Below are positions 10,734 to 21,543 of a stretch of 21,948 nucleotides of DNA, piece after piece. Within the stretch, counting starts at the first letter, position 1, and each line of letters opens with the position of its first letter. Origin of the DNA: Priapulus caudatus (lineage: Eukaryota); the NCBI RefSeq assembly GCF_000485595.1, contig NW_014577070.1, positions 237,657 to 259,604 on the forward strand. The letters run 5' to 3'. The notes under the pieces were generated by a model. It ran no database searches and was not told the origin of the DNA. It saw only the letters and a list, made by a program, of their open reading frames with translations. Made by a program: the position numbers and the translations under genes.

Positions 10734-11870
10734 TGCCATCCATTGCGATGCGTGAATCGAATGATTCGATGCATATTCGATTCACGGATCGAATCATTTC
10801 GATTCACGCATCGAATTCTTCGATTCACGCATCGAAATGATTCGAATTCACGCATTCGATGCCATCGAATTCATTCGATGGCGTGATCATCGAATCATTC
10901 GATGGCGTGAATTCAGATCGTGCGTGATCGAATGATTCTCTCGATGCGTGAATCGAATGTATCGTTCAATTCGCAATCATCTCATGATTACACGCATCGC
11001 AATCATTGATTACGTCATCGGATGATGCATCGATCATTCGATTTCACGCATCGAATCGATTCGATCCTGAAAGTTATACCTTGCACGGTCTCGAATCTAG
11101 CGCATTTTCTATCAACAACTTATACAATACTATCGGTAAGAACTGTGAATGCAAATAAATAAATAATGTTAGCAATGCTATATTCTTACGTATTGTTGAG
11201 TTAGGATGATTGTAGAGGATGGCGCCGAAGCACGGGAGTAGGTAGATAGGAGTAGTGGGCTGATGTGAGGAGTAGTAGACTGTCATTGTATAAGTAGTTT
11301 GATAGACTGGCGCTAGATTCGGAAACGTGGCAAGGTATAATTCAGGCGGATCGAATGATTTCGAATTGCGTGGAACTCGAATGATTCGCGATGCGTGATC
11401 ATAGAATTGATTCCAGATGCGACAATGCATTCGATTCACGCATTGAATGATTTCGATTCACGAATCATCGATCACGCATTCGTCAATTCGCAATTCATCG
11501 ATATCCGACACATCATTCGATTCGACGCAGATCGAATCATTCGATGTCATCATTCGCATGCCGCTGACCATCGAAGATTCGATCGCGCGAATCGACCATG
11601 ATTCGATGCTCGCATCATTCGAATCATTCACGCACGAATCATTCGGACTTCACGCATCGAATCATTCGATTCACGTATCGAATCATTCGATTCACGATCA
11701 AACTCATTCACGCATCGAATGATTCGATGCATCATTCGGATTGCGTAGAATCGAATCATTTCGATGCGTGATATCGAATCAATTCGCATGGCATCATTCG
11801 ATTACGCATCGAATCATTCGATTCACGGCATCGAATCATTCGATTCACGCATTCCGAATCAATTCGATTC
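10734..11870. repeat. 21-bp quasi-palindromic satellite (gaatcattcgattcacgcatc) in two blocks around a ~280-bp non-repetitive core (~11070-11348)
   Basis: Degenerate units occur in both orientations; the first units appear at 9815-9857. Confidence 0.9.
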
Positions 11871-12066
11871 TCTTTCTGATATAAAAGTCAATAATATCGC
11901 GATAAATCGAATTGGTTATAGTGTGATAAATCCGACTGTATATTTGAATAAGATCGGAATGATATATAGTGATAATGCGAATGTATATGTGATAAATCAA
12001 TGTTAGGTTATCGATAAAATCAAACCATAAAACAAAATCGAAATTACTACAGCAAACAACAAGCCT

Positions 12067-12536
12067 CATACCTGCCGAACGTGATGTGTGGCGGACGTTA
12101 GAAGTTTTCACTCTGGCGTGTGTTATGCACGTTTGTTGTATGGTTTGTGGCGTATTTGCGTGTTTGTTGCGTACAGCAAACTTAACTGAAAAAGTTCTTG
12201 AGCGGATTGTCATAAATTTTTCGAGCCGATAGGTCCAGAATATCGCCTAACTTAGGTATTGTATGAGATATTTCGTTGTGATCCTGACGCCAAGTAATTA
12301 ATATAAAATTTTCAGGAGTAGGTCAGACAATGGTGGTGTAATCTTAGAACTTGATTACATCTATTGTGTGGTGATCCGATCCAATTAAATTTATTTAACT
12401 TAATGTAATTAATGTAATTAATTAAAAAACTTCTAGCTTAATTAATTAATATTAATTAAATAACTTTACTAGTGTCGACGTCATTTAAATTCAGCTGCCT
12501 TGCGGAGGTCTGTGCTTCCCGAGTTGCGCTCATGTT
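12067..12536 (+). mobile_element. Non-autonomous Helentron-like (HINE) element in noisy sequence
   Basis: 5' tacct(cc)gccgaacg...tggcgga.gtta..gttttcac, then a GTTT-rich tract, an aaaaagtt.tga.cggatt..cat.aaatttt core and gatccgatcc. The 3' end is ccttgcggaggtctgtgct...gag.tgc; a cleaner 3' end tgtgctctccgagtgctctagtt lies at 15671-15693. Confidence 0.65.
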
Positions 12537-14406
12537 ATCTATTATATTCATTATTTGTTATTTATTTAGTGCTATAGTACGTAATATTATGAGTTGATTA
12601 TATACTATCAGAGTACATCAAAGAGGAGTAATAATCTCTATTATGAGCTCTTGATTACTATTGTATGTGCACGCGCTGCACACAGATCACCAACACACAG
12701 TTCAGTTCAGGAATTGAAAAAAAAACAAATAACTAGAAGACTAAATAACAAAAACTAAATAAACTATAACTATGTCTGTTCATGGTGTTGTTCCCTGTGT
12801 GCCTTGAAATTGACTATTACGGAAGACGGAGAAGAAAGGGGGAGAGTGAGGGCGCGTAATGGTAGATGTGAGGGGGAGAACGAAGGTGGCTGTGGAATGG
12901 GAGAGAGGAAGGTTGCGTAGGGGAGACTTGTTTCTCCGCTTTCATTTTACTTTTGGCATCGCCTACATAGTGTTATAGCGACGCACTCCTCTATCTAACT
13001 TCCGAGAGCGAACTATATCTTTGCGCACTGCTCAGGGTGATCTGCTTCGAGTGTAACCTCTGGAACAATAAGGAGTACCTTGCTTAAGGCGTTCATATAG
13101 TCCATGCCTTCGCCACATAGCCACTAATGGCGCTGCAGCAGTTAAGATGAACCAGTGAAATCTTTGCAGCAAACCTCAGAGAATAGTTTTCATACAACTT
13201 CCCAGGTGAACACGTCCAGCGCACATGTGCTTAACGCCTCCCGACGTGCCCTGCATCGCTCATTCTTTACATAGACTCTATGTACATGCATCGGAATTAA
13301 ACTTGGCCAACATGCGTGTCTCTATAGGACCACCCTAGATTCTCATATCAGAGTTATTCGTTTTACTCTTTAGGAAATGATGTTAACTCAGTGTTTATTT
13401 CGCAGCCCCGCACTATACGCACTGCTGCAACAGGCCCGCGTACAAACATTCAGGAGGGTGCGTCTTTTTCATCGGGAAGGTGAACTTCTTGAGCCAGTCA
13501 ACTTTGTCTGTGTACGCATTGTTCACAAACACACTGTAAATATTAAAGAATAATTGTATTTAAGAAGAAACTGTATGAAATGTGTACAACATGAGAATGT
13601 CATAGTTCGTATAATCAGTGCATTGGTCAATACATAAACACACCCTCAATATAAAATAAATATAAGGCAAGAAAAACTCCATAGAACTTGCAGTAGCTTC
13701 TCCGGTATGTCGTTTAGTCTCAGTTTCATTGAATGGAGTTGTGGTGAAGATGTTGACAGGCCACTTCTAGATTTACAATATAAATGTCATATGTGCGCGT
13801 GTGATCATAACGAGAGCAGAGAGCTTCTTCTCACGTATTAATGCAGTAGAACACTATTTTTATTTATCTGCTTATATCTGCATCATGCGCTATAAAACCT
13901 GCGGTGAAAGTACAAATTGCGATGTTGTCATGTAAATCTGTATTATAGGCCACGTACAGTACGCCTGAATAACGTAATACGAAACCTATATTCATTAGAT
14001 GTTCATCTCTAAGGTATTATTGGCTCTTGGTGGCATTAGACTTGACTGCATAGTGTTTGAATGCCAAAACTTTGAGATTCTGGAAATCACGGCAGCTGCT
14101 TTACGAAAAACAACAGGAGGTCGTCACATCCGGCCGTGCCTGCAGCCATAGCAGCTCCAAACGAGTACTAACTATAGTATATGTCTATCTCTCAGCCCTC
14201 ATTTGCTTAGATCTCTCGAATTCGGACTTCTGTACAATAAACGCATTCTGCATGCATAATTTAGTTATTACTGAATTAAACAGTAATAATTAATAGTTTA
14301 GAAATATATTCAGACGGATAATTGGGTAAATACCTGGCATAAAAAATGCGGACAACGCGGCTGTCAGTGCGGGGCTGCTCGCTCTGATCTTCCCGCATAA
14401 CCATAT

Positions 14407-14446
14407 CAAGAGTCCACAATAGAGAAGTTTCTATTATGGACTCTTG
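14407..14446. mobile_element. 40-bp TIR-only element with 7-bp TSD (copy A of 17578-17617)
   Basis: accatat|caagagtccacaatagagaagtttctattatggactcttg|accatat. Confidence 0.85.
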
Positions 14447-14550
14447 ACCATATTTAGATAATGTCAGGTGTCGGAAGCTAAGGAAAAAACACAGTTAACA
14501 CACATTCCTACAATCTATGTAATAAGATAATAATAAGATAGGCTAGCATT

Positions 14551-15045
14551 AGCCGCGTTCACACGTAGCAAGAAATCCGGTATTTAGCGTTCACACGAGG
14601 CAAAATACGAGGACCAAGAAATACGGTATCTAAACAGATCCGGTATTTCATGTAAATACGAGGCTTCCCAAACCCCGAATAATTTGCCGTGCTTGAGAAA
14701 TACCGGATTTCTTGGACCGCGCATTTCCCCGTGTGAACGCTAAATACCCGGATTTCTGAAGCCGCGTATTTTATAGACTGGTCCGCGCTCGACAGTTCCA
14801 GTGTAACGCGAGTGGAACTGACGAGCGCGTACCAGTCTACGTATTTTATCGGCAGTTGGTGCGCGCGCATTGCATTGTTTATTTCGCATTGTTCGCTTGA
14901 TTGTTTAAAGCAGCTCGCAGCTCGCAAATACCGTATTTCTGGAGCCGCGAATCAGCGTGTGAACGCTCGGCCGCGTATTTGTCTCAGATACGGTATTTCG
15001 CAAATCCGGTATTTTAGAAATACGAGGTCTCGTGTGAACGAGGCT
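14551..15045. mobile_element. MITE with ATT TSD (copy A of 17722-18215), carrying a nested TAG...CTA element at 14774-14839
   Basis: att|agccgcgttcacacg ... cgtgtgaacgaggct|att. Confidence 0.85.
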
Positions 15046-15756
15046 ATTGTTTCCGGATGGTTTCGTAATCGTCCGGGTACGTGAAAAGTATACACATTAT
15101 ATAAGTATACACACGTGCGCAGCAACCAACAATTTATTTAATTTATCGCATTAGAAAATTAATTCCAAAATCCGAAGCATACTGTAATAACATAGAAATT
15201 CAAGTTATAGTTGAGCATAAAACATTACTAAACGATTGTTATACGTACCAATTATGTAGATGAAGGAACAAGAAACTTTTTTGGATTGAAAAAATAAAAA
15301 TAAAATTTATGGTTGCTTTATCTGCATAATCGTTTATGTGAGGGTTTATGCCTACCTATACCTTAAATATACATGCTCTCATATTATATTGCCGAGTTTC
15401 ACCGCCTATAAATAACATTGGAGTGCCATGCTGTGCTAAACTTACATCATGTGCAGAATGTGAGCTTATTATAGGAGAAGTTAGATACCTGGTGGGATTT
15501 GGACCCGCCCCCCCCCCACTCAGTGTTATTTAGGGTACGCATATGCTCGTTCCCTCCCTTTGAAAGCACCCCCTATCTCAGGACTGCCAAAATTTCTGAA
15601 CCCCCCTTTCGCGGGCTTTTTGCGGGTTTTTCCTGCCTTGGAGAACCCCCTATATCCGGAACACTACGTATGTGCTCTCCGAGTGCTCTAGTTATCTATA
15701 TATTATTATTTGTTTATTTATTTAGTTATATAGTATATATATATATTATATACTAT

Positions 15757-15801
15757 CAAGAGTACATAATAGAGAGTAATAATCTCTATTATGAGCTCTT
15801 G
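15757..15801. mobile_element. 45-bp TIR-only element with 7-bp TSD (P-like)
   Basis: atactat|caagagtacataatagaga-gtaataa-tctctattatgagctcttg|atactat; a degraded copy lies near 12609-12653. Confidence 0.85.
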
Positions 15802-16555
15802 ATACTATTATATGTGCACGCGCGCACACAGACACCAACACACAGTTCAGTTCAGGAATGAAAAAAACAAATAACTAAAAACAAATAACAAAAAACTAAA
15901 TAAATATAACTATGTCTGTTCATGGGTGTGTTCCTGTGTGCCTGTGAAATGACTAATTACGGAAGACGGAGAGAAAGGGGGAGAGTGAGGGCGGTAATGG
16001 GTGAGATGGAGGGGGAGAACGAAGGTGGCTGTAGGAAGGGAGAGAGGAAGGTTGCAGTAGGGAGAGACTTGTTTCTCCGCTTTATTTTACTTTTGCATCG
16101 CCTACATGTGTTATAGCGACCACTCCTCTTCTAACTTTCGAGCGAAACTATATCTTGCGCACTGCTCAGGGTGATTGCTTCGAGTGTAACCTCGGAACAA
16201 TAAGGAAGTACCTTGGCTAAAGCGTCATATAGTCCCGCCTTCCGCCAATAGCCACTAATGGCGCTGCAGCAGTAAGATGAACCAGTGAAAATCTTTGCAG
16301 CAACCTCAAGAGAAAGTTCATACCAACTCCCAGGTGAAACACCGTCAGCGCACATTGCTATAACGCCTCCCGACGTGCTAGCATCGCACATTCTTTACAT
16401 AGACTCTATGTACATGCATGGAATTAAACTTGGCAACATGCGTGTCTCTATAGACCACCCTAGATTCTCATATCAAGAGTTATTCGTTTACCTTGTAGGA
16501 ATGATGTTAACTCAGTGTTTATTTCGCAGCCCCGACACCTTACGGCAATGCTGCA

Positions 16556-17535
16556 CAGGCCCGTAACAAACATTCAGGAGGGGTGCGTCTTTTTCATCGG
16601 AAGGTGAACTTTTGGAGCCAGTCAACTTTGTCTGTGTAACGCAATAATGTCACAGACACACTGTAAATATTATCAGAATAATGTATTTAGAAAAAACTGT
16701 ATGAAATGTGTACAAACATGAGAATGTCATAGTTCGTATAATCAGTGCATTGGTCAATACATAAACAACACCCTAATATAAAATAAATATAAGCAAGAAA
16801 AACTCCATAGAACTTGCAGTAGCTTCTCCGGTATGTCGTTTAGTCTCAGTTTCATTGAATGGAGTGTGGTGAAGATGTTGACAGCCACTTCTAGATTTAC
16901 AATATAAATGTCATAGTGCGCGTGTATCATAACGAGAGCAGAGAGCTTCTTCTCACGTATTAATGCCAGTAGAACACTATTTTTATTTATCTGCTTATAT
17001 CTGCATCATGCGCTATAAAACCTGGGGTGAAAGTACAAATTGCGATGTTGTCATGTAAATCTGTATTATAGGCCACGTACAGTACGCCTGATAACGTAAT
17101 ACGAAACGCTATATTATTAGATGTTCATCTCTAAGGTATTATTAGCTCTTGGTGGCATTAGACTGACTGCATAGTGTTTGAATGCCAAAACTTTGAGATT
17201 CCTGGAAATCACGCAGCTGCTTTACGAAAAACAACAGGAGTGTCGTCACACCGGCCGTGCCTGGCAGCCATAGCAGCTCCAAACGATGTACTAACTATAG
17301 TATATGTCTATCTCTCACCCTCATTTGCTTAGATCTCTGAATTCGGACTTCTGTACAATAAACGCATTCTGCATGCATAATTTAGTTTACTGAATTAAAC
17401 AGTAATAATTAATAGTTTAGAACATATATTCAGACGGATAATTGGGTAAATACCTGGCATAAAAAATGCGGACAACCGGCTGTCATGGGGGGCTCGTCTG
17501 ACCCCTCCGACCCCCCCCCCTTACCCACGGGCCTA
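16556..17535 (-). mobile_element. Internally deleted hAT-like element with 5-bp TSD
   Basis: Ends CAGGCCCGTA / reverse complement TAGGCCCGTG; flanks ctgca / ctgta. It has a GGGGGTCGGAGGGGTCAGACGAGCCCCCC subterminal motif and retains the transposase C-terminus. Copy A begins at 13431. Confidence 0.8.
16832..16960 (-). pseudogene. hAT transposase C-terminal (dimerisation-domain end) remnant
   Basis: IREKKLSALVMIHAHYDIYIVNLEVAVNIFTTLHSMKLRLNDI resembles the hAT/THAP12-like terminus M.EERLS.LAL.H.H.DI.IDL..V...FA.LHPRR..L, and it lies within hAT-type TIRs. Confidence 0.7.
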
Positions 17536-17577
17536 CTGTAATAAATCTGAATACTGCGGTCAGCGGCATAACCATAT

Positions 17578-17617
17578 CAAGAGTCCACAATAGAGAAGTT
17601 TCTATTATGGACTCTTG
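17578..17617. mobile_element. 40-bp TIR-only element with 7-bp TSD (P-like)
   Basis: 19-bp arms, 2-nt spacer, exact accatat at 17571-17577 and 17618-17624. Confidence 0.85.
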
Positions 17618-17721
17618 ACCATATTTAGATAATGTCAGGTGTCGAAAGCTAAGGAAAAAACACAGTTAACACACATTCCTACAATCTATGTAATAAGATA
17701 ATAATAAGATAGGCTAGCATT

Positions 17722-18215
17722 AGCCGCGTTCACACGTAGCAAGAAATCCGGTATTTAGCGTTCACACGAGGCAAAATACGAGGACCAAGAAATACGGTAT
17801 CTAAACAGATCCGGTATTTCATGTAAATACGAGGCTTCCCAAACCCCGAATAATTTGCCGTGCTTGAGAAATACGGATTTCTTGGACCGCGCATTTCCCC
17901 GTGTGAACGCTAAATACCGCGGATTTCTGAAGCCGCGTATTTTATAGACTGGTCCGCGCTCGACAGTTCCAGTGTAACGCGAGTGAACTGACGAGCGCGT
18001 ACCAGTCTACGTATTTTATCGGCAGTTGGTGCGCGCGCATTGCATTGTTATTTTCGCATTGTTCGCTTGATTGTTTAAAGCAGCTCGCAGCTCGCAATAA
18101 CCGTATTTCTGGAGCCGCGAATCAGCGTGTGAACGCTCGGCGCGTATTTGTCTCAGATACGGTATTCGCAAATCCGGTATTTTAAGAAAATACGAGGTCT
18201 CGTGTGAACGAGGCT
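17722..18215. mobile_element. MITE with 3-bp ATT TSD (PIF/Harbinger/PHIS group)
   Basis: TIR agccgcgttcacacg / cgtgtgaacgaggct; repeated aaatacgg/ccggtattt internal motifs; att on both flanks. Confidence 0.85.
17945..18009. mobile_element. 65-bp palindromic TAG...CTA element with 9-bp TSD (Academ-like), nested in the MITE
   Basis: cgtatttta|tagactggtccgcgctcgacagttc...gaactgacgagcgcgtaccagtcta|cgtatttta. Confidence 0.85.
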
Positions 18216-18670
18216 ATTGTTTCCGGATGGTTTCGTAATCGTCCGGTACGTGAAAAGTATAACATTATATAAGTATACACACGTGCGCAGCAACCACAAT
18301 TTATTTAAATTTATCGCATTAGAAAAATTAATTCCAAAATCCGAAGCATACTGTAATAACATAGAAATTCAGTTATAGTTGAGCATAAAACATTACTAAA
18401 CGATTGTTTAACGTACAATTATGTAGATGAAGGAACAAGAAACTTTCTTTGATTGAAAAAATAAAAATAAAAATTTATGGTTGCTTATATCTGCATAATC
18501 GTTTATGTGAGGGTTTATGCCTACCTATACCTTAAATATACATGCTCTCATATTATATGCCGAGTTTCACCGCCTATAAATAACATTGGAGTGCCATGCT
18601 GTGCTAAACTTACATCATGTGCAGAATGTGAGCTTATTATAGGAGAAGTTAGATACCTGGTGGATTTGGA

Positions 18671-19266
18671 CCCGCCCCCCCACTCAGTGTTATTTAGGGT
18701 ACGCATATGCTCGTTCCCTCCCTTTGAAAGCACCCCCTATCTCAGGACTGCCAAATTTCTGAACCCCCCTTTCGCGGGGCTTTTGCGGGTTTTTCCTGCC
18801 TTGGAGAACCCCCCTATATCCGGAACACTACGTATAGACTGGTACCCGTTCGCACACTTCACTCCGTACGTATCCTTCGCTACACTGACGTAGTGACGGT
18901 TAGTGTAGCGTGTGGAACTGTCGACCGGGTACCAGTCTACACTACGTAGTGTAGAGTTCAGTGATCGAGGGGAACTAGGGAGCAATATTTTATTTTTCAA
19001 AATTAAATAATCCTGAATGAGCTTTCAAAACTAGCAGGAATTTCAGGAATTGATCCCGGGATTGGATAAAGTTTTCTATGATATTCAAGATGAAAGAGAG
19101 AGAGGAAAAACACCGCCCTTTTTAAAGAAATCTCCGGGTGAAAAGTCAAATACCCCCCTTTTTTTACAATTCTTGGGCCGATTTCGTCGCGCGAAAAATA
19201 CTATTTACCGGAGATTTTGGGAACGCTCATGCGTCCTTCCGACCTAGGAGTGGGGGGGGGGGCGGG
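18671..19266. mobile_element. Non-autonomous CCC...GGG element (EnSpm/CMC-like)
   Basis: TIR cccgccccccccactc / gagtgggggggggggcggg with repeated acccccttt subterminal motifs; a 2-bp TSD (ga?) is ambiguous. A partial copy lies at 15504-15670. Confidence 0.65.
18835..18939. mobile_element. 105-bp TAG...CTA element with 9-bp TSD (Academ-like), nested in the CCC...GGG element
   Basis: cactacgta|tagactggtacccg...cgggtaccagtcta|cactacgta. Confidence 0.88.
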
Positions 19267-19376
19267 ATTTGTAGGTCTCAGGAGAGAGTTGGTATTATGA
19301 TCGTGTGCGGCTTAAGATGACGTTGTTTGGCTTAAGAAAACCGCACATCTTCTTACTCTTAAGCATTTAAATTTAG

Positions 19377-19474
19377 GCAATGATGGCGAAAAACGCCCAG
19401 CACGTACTGACTGCGTGTTGACCATGCATCAACTACCAACTAATAATGCGGGTTCAACATACATCAATATACAG
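19377..19474 (+). CDS. Candidate exon of an unidentified gene
   Basis: tttAG acceptor, CAG|GTACGT donor, open frame NDGEKRPARTDCVLTMHQLPTNNAGSTYINIQ; no family recognised. Confidence 0.3.
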
Positions 19475-19690
19475 GTACGTACGGCGGTTGCGAGGTATAC
19501 GGAGGCGATGAAATTATTGATTCGGCAGTCTATGCTGGCGATATGACAACAGTTCCCTAGGGATCATAGTTTGAGATAAAGGAGCATATAGCAGCCAAGG
19601 CACGTATATCACAGGGGCATGCCTACCGGTCCAAGCCAAGTGTTACACGGATTTATGCAAGATTTATAAATGTAAAGATATATGCATACT

Positions 19691-20201
19691 AGTGGTGTAG
19701 GCCAAATTTGTCACAGGAAAATTTATCACGCGGAAAATTGGCCGCAGGTAAATTTGTCACACGGAAAAAATTGGTCCTCGCCAATAAACCACCAAGTGAG
19801 TTTCTTTTGCTACCACAAAAGAAGGCGGTGAGATCAGCGAAGAGGAGAATAGAAGTGGGCGGAGAAAGTGAGGATGAGAGAGAAGGGGAGACATAAGGAA
19901 ACAGGGGAGTTTGATAATATTTAGGCGAGGGAGAGCATGAGCGTAAGAATTGGAAGCGATAGAAAGGACGGTGAGAAGCAGGAGCCCGAAGGAAGAGAAA
20001 GATGAAGCTGAGAAGGAGGAGGAGGAGGACTCCTCTCCTTCGTTCCTCTTCTTCCTTCGCCCTTCCTCATCTACCGTCGCAGCTCTCCTCTCCTTCTTCC
20101 TCAACTCTATCATTCTTTCTTGCTGTTCATCATTTTAATTTACCACATTCTCCTCATTTCTTTTCCTATGGTCACTTTTTCCGTGACAATGTTCCGGATC
20201 T
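19691..20201. mobile_element. MULE-like foldback element with ~10-bp TSD
   Basis: Flanks tatgcatact / tacgcatact; AG...CT ends; subterminal aaatttgtcac..gga repeats are inverted at the right end (ttttccgtgacaat); GA-rich left half and CT-rich right half. Confidence 0.55.
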
Positions 20202-20253
20202 TACGCATACTGTATGCATGTACCAATTTCTGTATATACAGTAGTATGAGAGA

Positions 20254-20257
<4 letters not shown>

Positions 20258-20340
<83 letters not shown>

Positions 20341-20370
20341 CACATGCGCGCGCACACACACACGCACACA
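20258..20370. repeat. Interrupted (CA)n microsatellite
   Basis: Read directly from the sequence. Confidence 0.98.
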
Positions 20371-20778
20371 GCACAAGCCACGCCCACGTCACAGCGCCGC
20401 GCGCACACCACTACAAACTCACACGCAACCAATGCACATATGCGCACATGCACGTAGAACACGGCGAAAAAGAGACAGAAACACGTTTGAAAGAAGATGG
20501 AGAAAAAAGAGAGAGATGGAGAGAGTGTGCGCGTGTGCGTATATATCCCCTGAATAAAAATATTTGTTAAATATCAAGACAGAAGAAGCATTATAAATAT
20601 TATTATATATTATTATATATTATATAAGCATTATGAATATAAGCGGAGAAGTGAATAGCGACCAACAGACAGATTCATAGAAAAGATGGCAGACAAGTAT
20701 AAACTAGAATACATACGGGCAGACGTGCTTCCGATCTTGATCAGCAGGATTAAGCTGAACAACAACCTCTCTCACCAG

Positions 20779-20952
20779 GCTACCTATGGCACTGCGGGTG
20801 GCTGTGACGACGACAGTGACCCGTTATTGTTTGCTATCCGCACTGACAACGTCGGCAGCGGCAGTTTGTGTACTTTGCCTATATCGGCCATGGTTCAATA
20901 TTTATCCACCATAAAATCACCTAATACCACCTGCCTGAGTTTGGTCACTTAA
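20779..20952 (+). CDS. Candidate exon, phase-compatible with 19377-19474
   Basis: ctctctcaccAG acceptor; ATYGTAGGCDDDSDPLLFAIRTDNVGSG... open to TAA at 20952; 3' boundary uncertain. Confidence 0.25.
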   Translation, partial: ATYGTAGGCDDDSDPLLFAIRTDNVGSGSLCTLPISAMVQYLSTIKSPNTTCLSLVT

Positions 20953-21543
20953 AATAAGGTCGATAACGGAGGGGGTGCTCATTGCGAGTTTCTCAGGTAA
21001 AAATTGGGCACTTTCTTAGGTCACGGTTAATTCCAATCGCAATTTCGGGTTTCCCGCATACTTCTTTTCCAGAATCACGAAAACTTCATCTGTTATTTCT
21101 CGGTTCCCAGATAATTAAGATGGTGCAATCGCGCGTCCCTAAAGTAACCGCTCCCCTTCTAACATGCCTTTTTATTGACACTGGCGTAGTTTGTTTGCTT
21201 GGCTAAATTCTCAATGATATGAGACGGACGTTGTACCGCTCCTAAATACACCTGACTGTACCATACTGACTCTTAAAGTAGCTTAAAGTTTAACTTGTGC
21301 AGTTAAATAAATAGCTACATATTAAGCATATTTCGACAGATAAATACCTTTTTATATTTTTACCTTTTTTTATTTTTTATTAATACCTTTATATGTTTGT
21401 TTTTTAAATACCTTTAATAATTTTATCCTGCGGCTTTGGTAGTTATTTCAACGAAAATGTAACCGGGTTCCGACTTCTTATTTTAAAAATCGAAATTTCG
21501 GAAACAATACAGTGTGACGTCCGCTTTCTGTGGTGATTGCGAA

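Larger units (their letters stand above)
12511..15670 (+). repeat. Copy A of a 3.16-kb tandem duplication (indel-rich)
   Basis: Colinear with 15671-18834. Differences are mainly 1-nt indels, densest in 12511-13600, and about 55 bp is missing near 14390. Confidence 0.95.
15671..18834 (+). repeat. Copy B of the 3.16-kb tandem duplication
   Basis: Starts within the Helentron-like 3' end and ends at cactacgta, immediately before the 18835 element. Confidence 0.95.

Noticed and set aside
10734..11870. Satellite as a CRISPR array, or its ORFs as genes
   Set aside because: Contiguous degenerate 21-mers without spacers; the ORFs are low-complexity by-products.
16131..16391. Minus-strand 86-aa ORF as a gene or LINE fragment
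   Set aside because: No recognisable domain, the frame is not preserved in copy A, and splice signals fit the plus strand at least as well.
20120..20557. TH-repeat and CV-repeat ORFs
   Set aside because: Translations of the (CA)n microsatellite.
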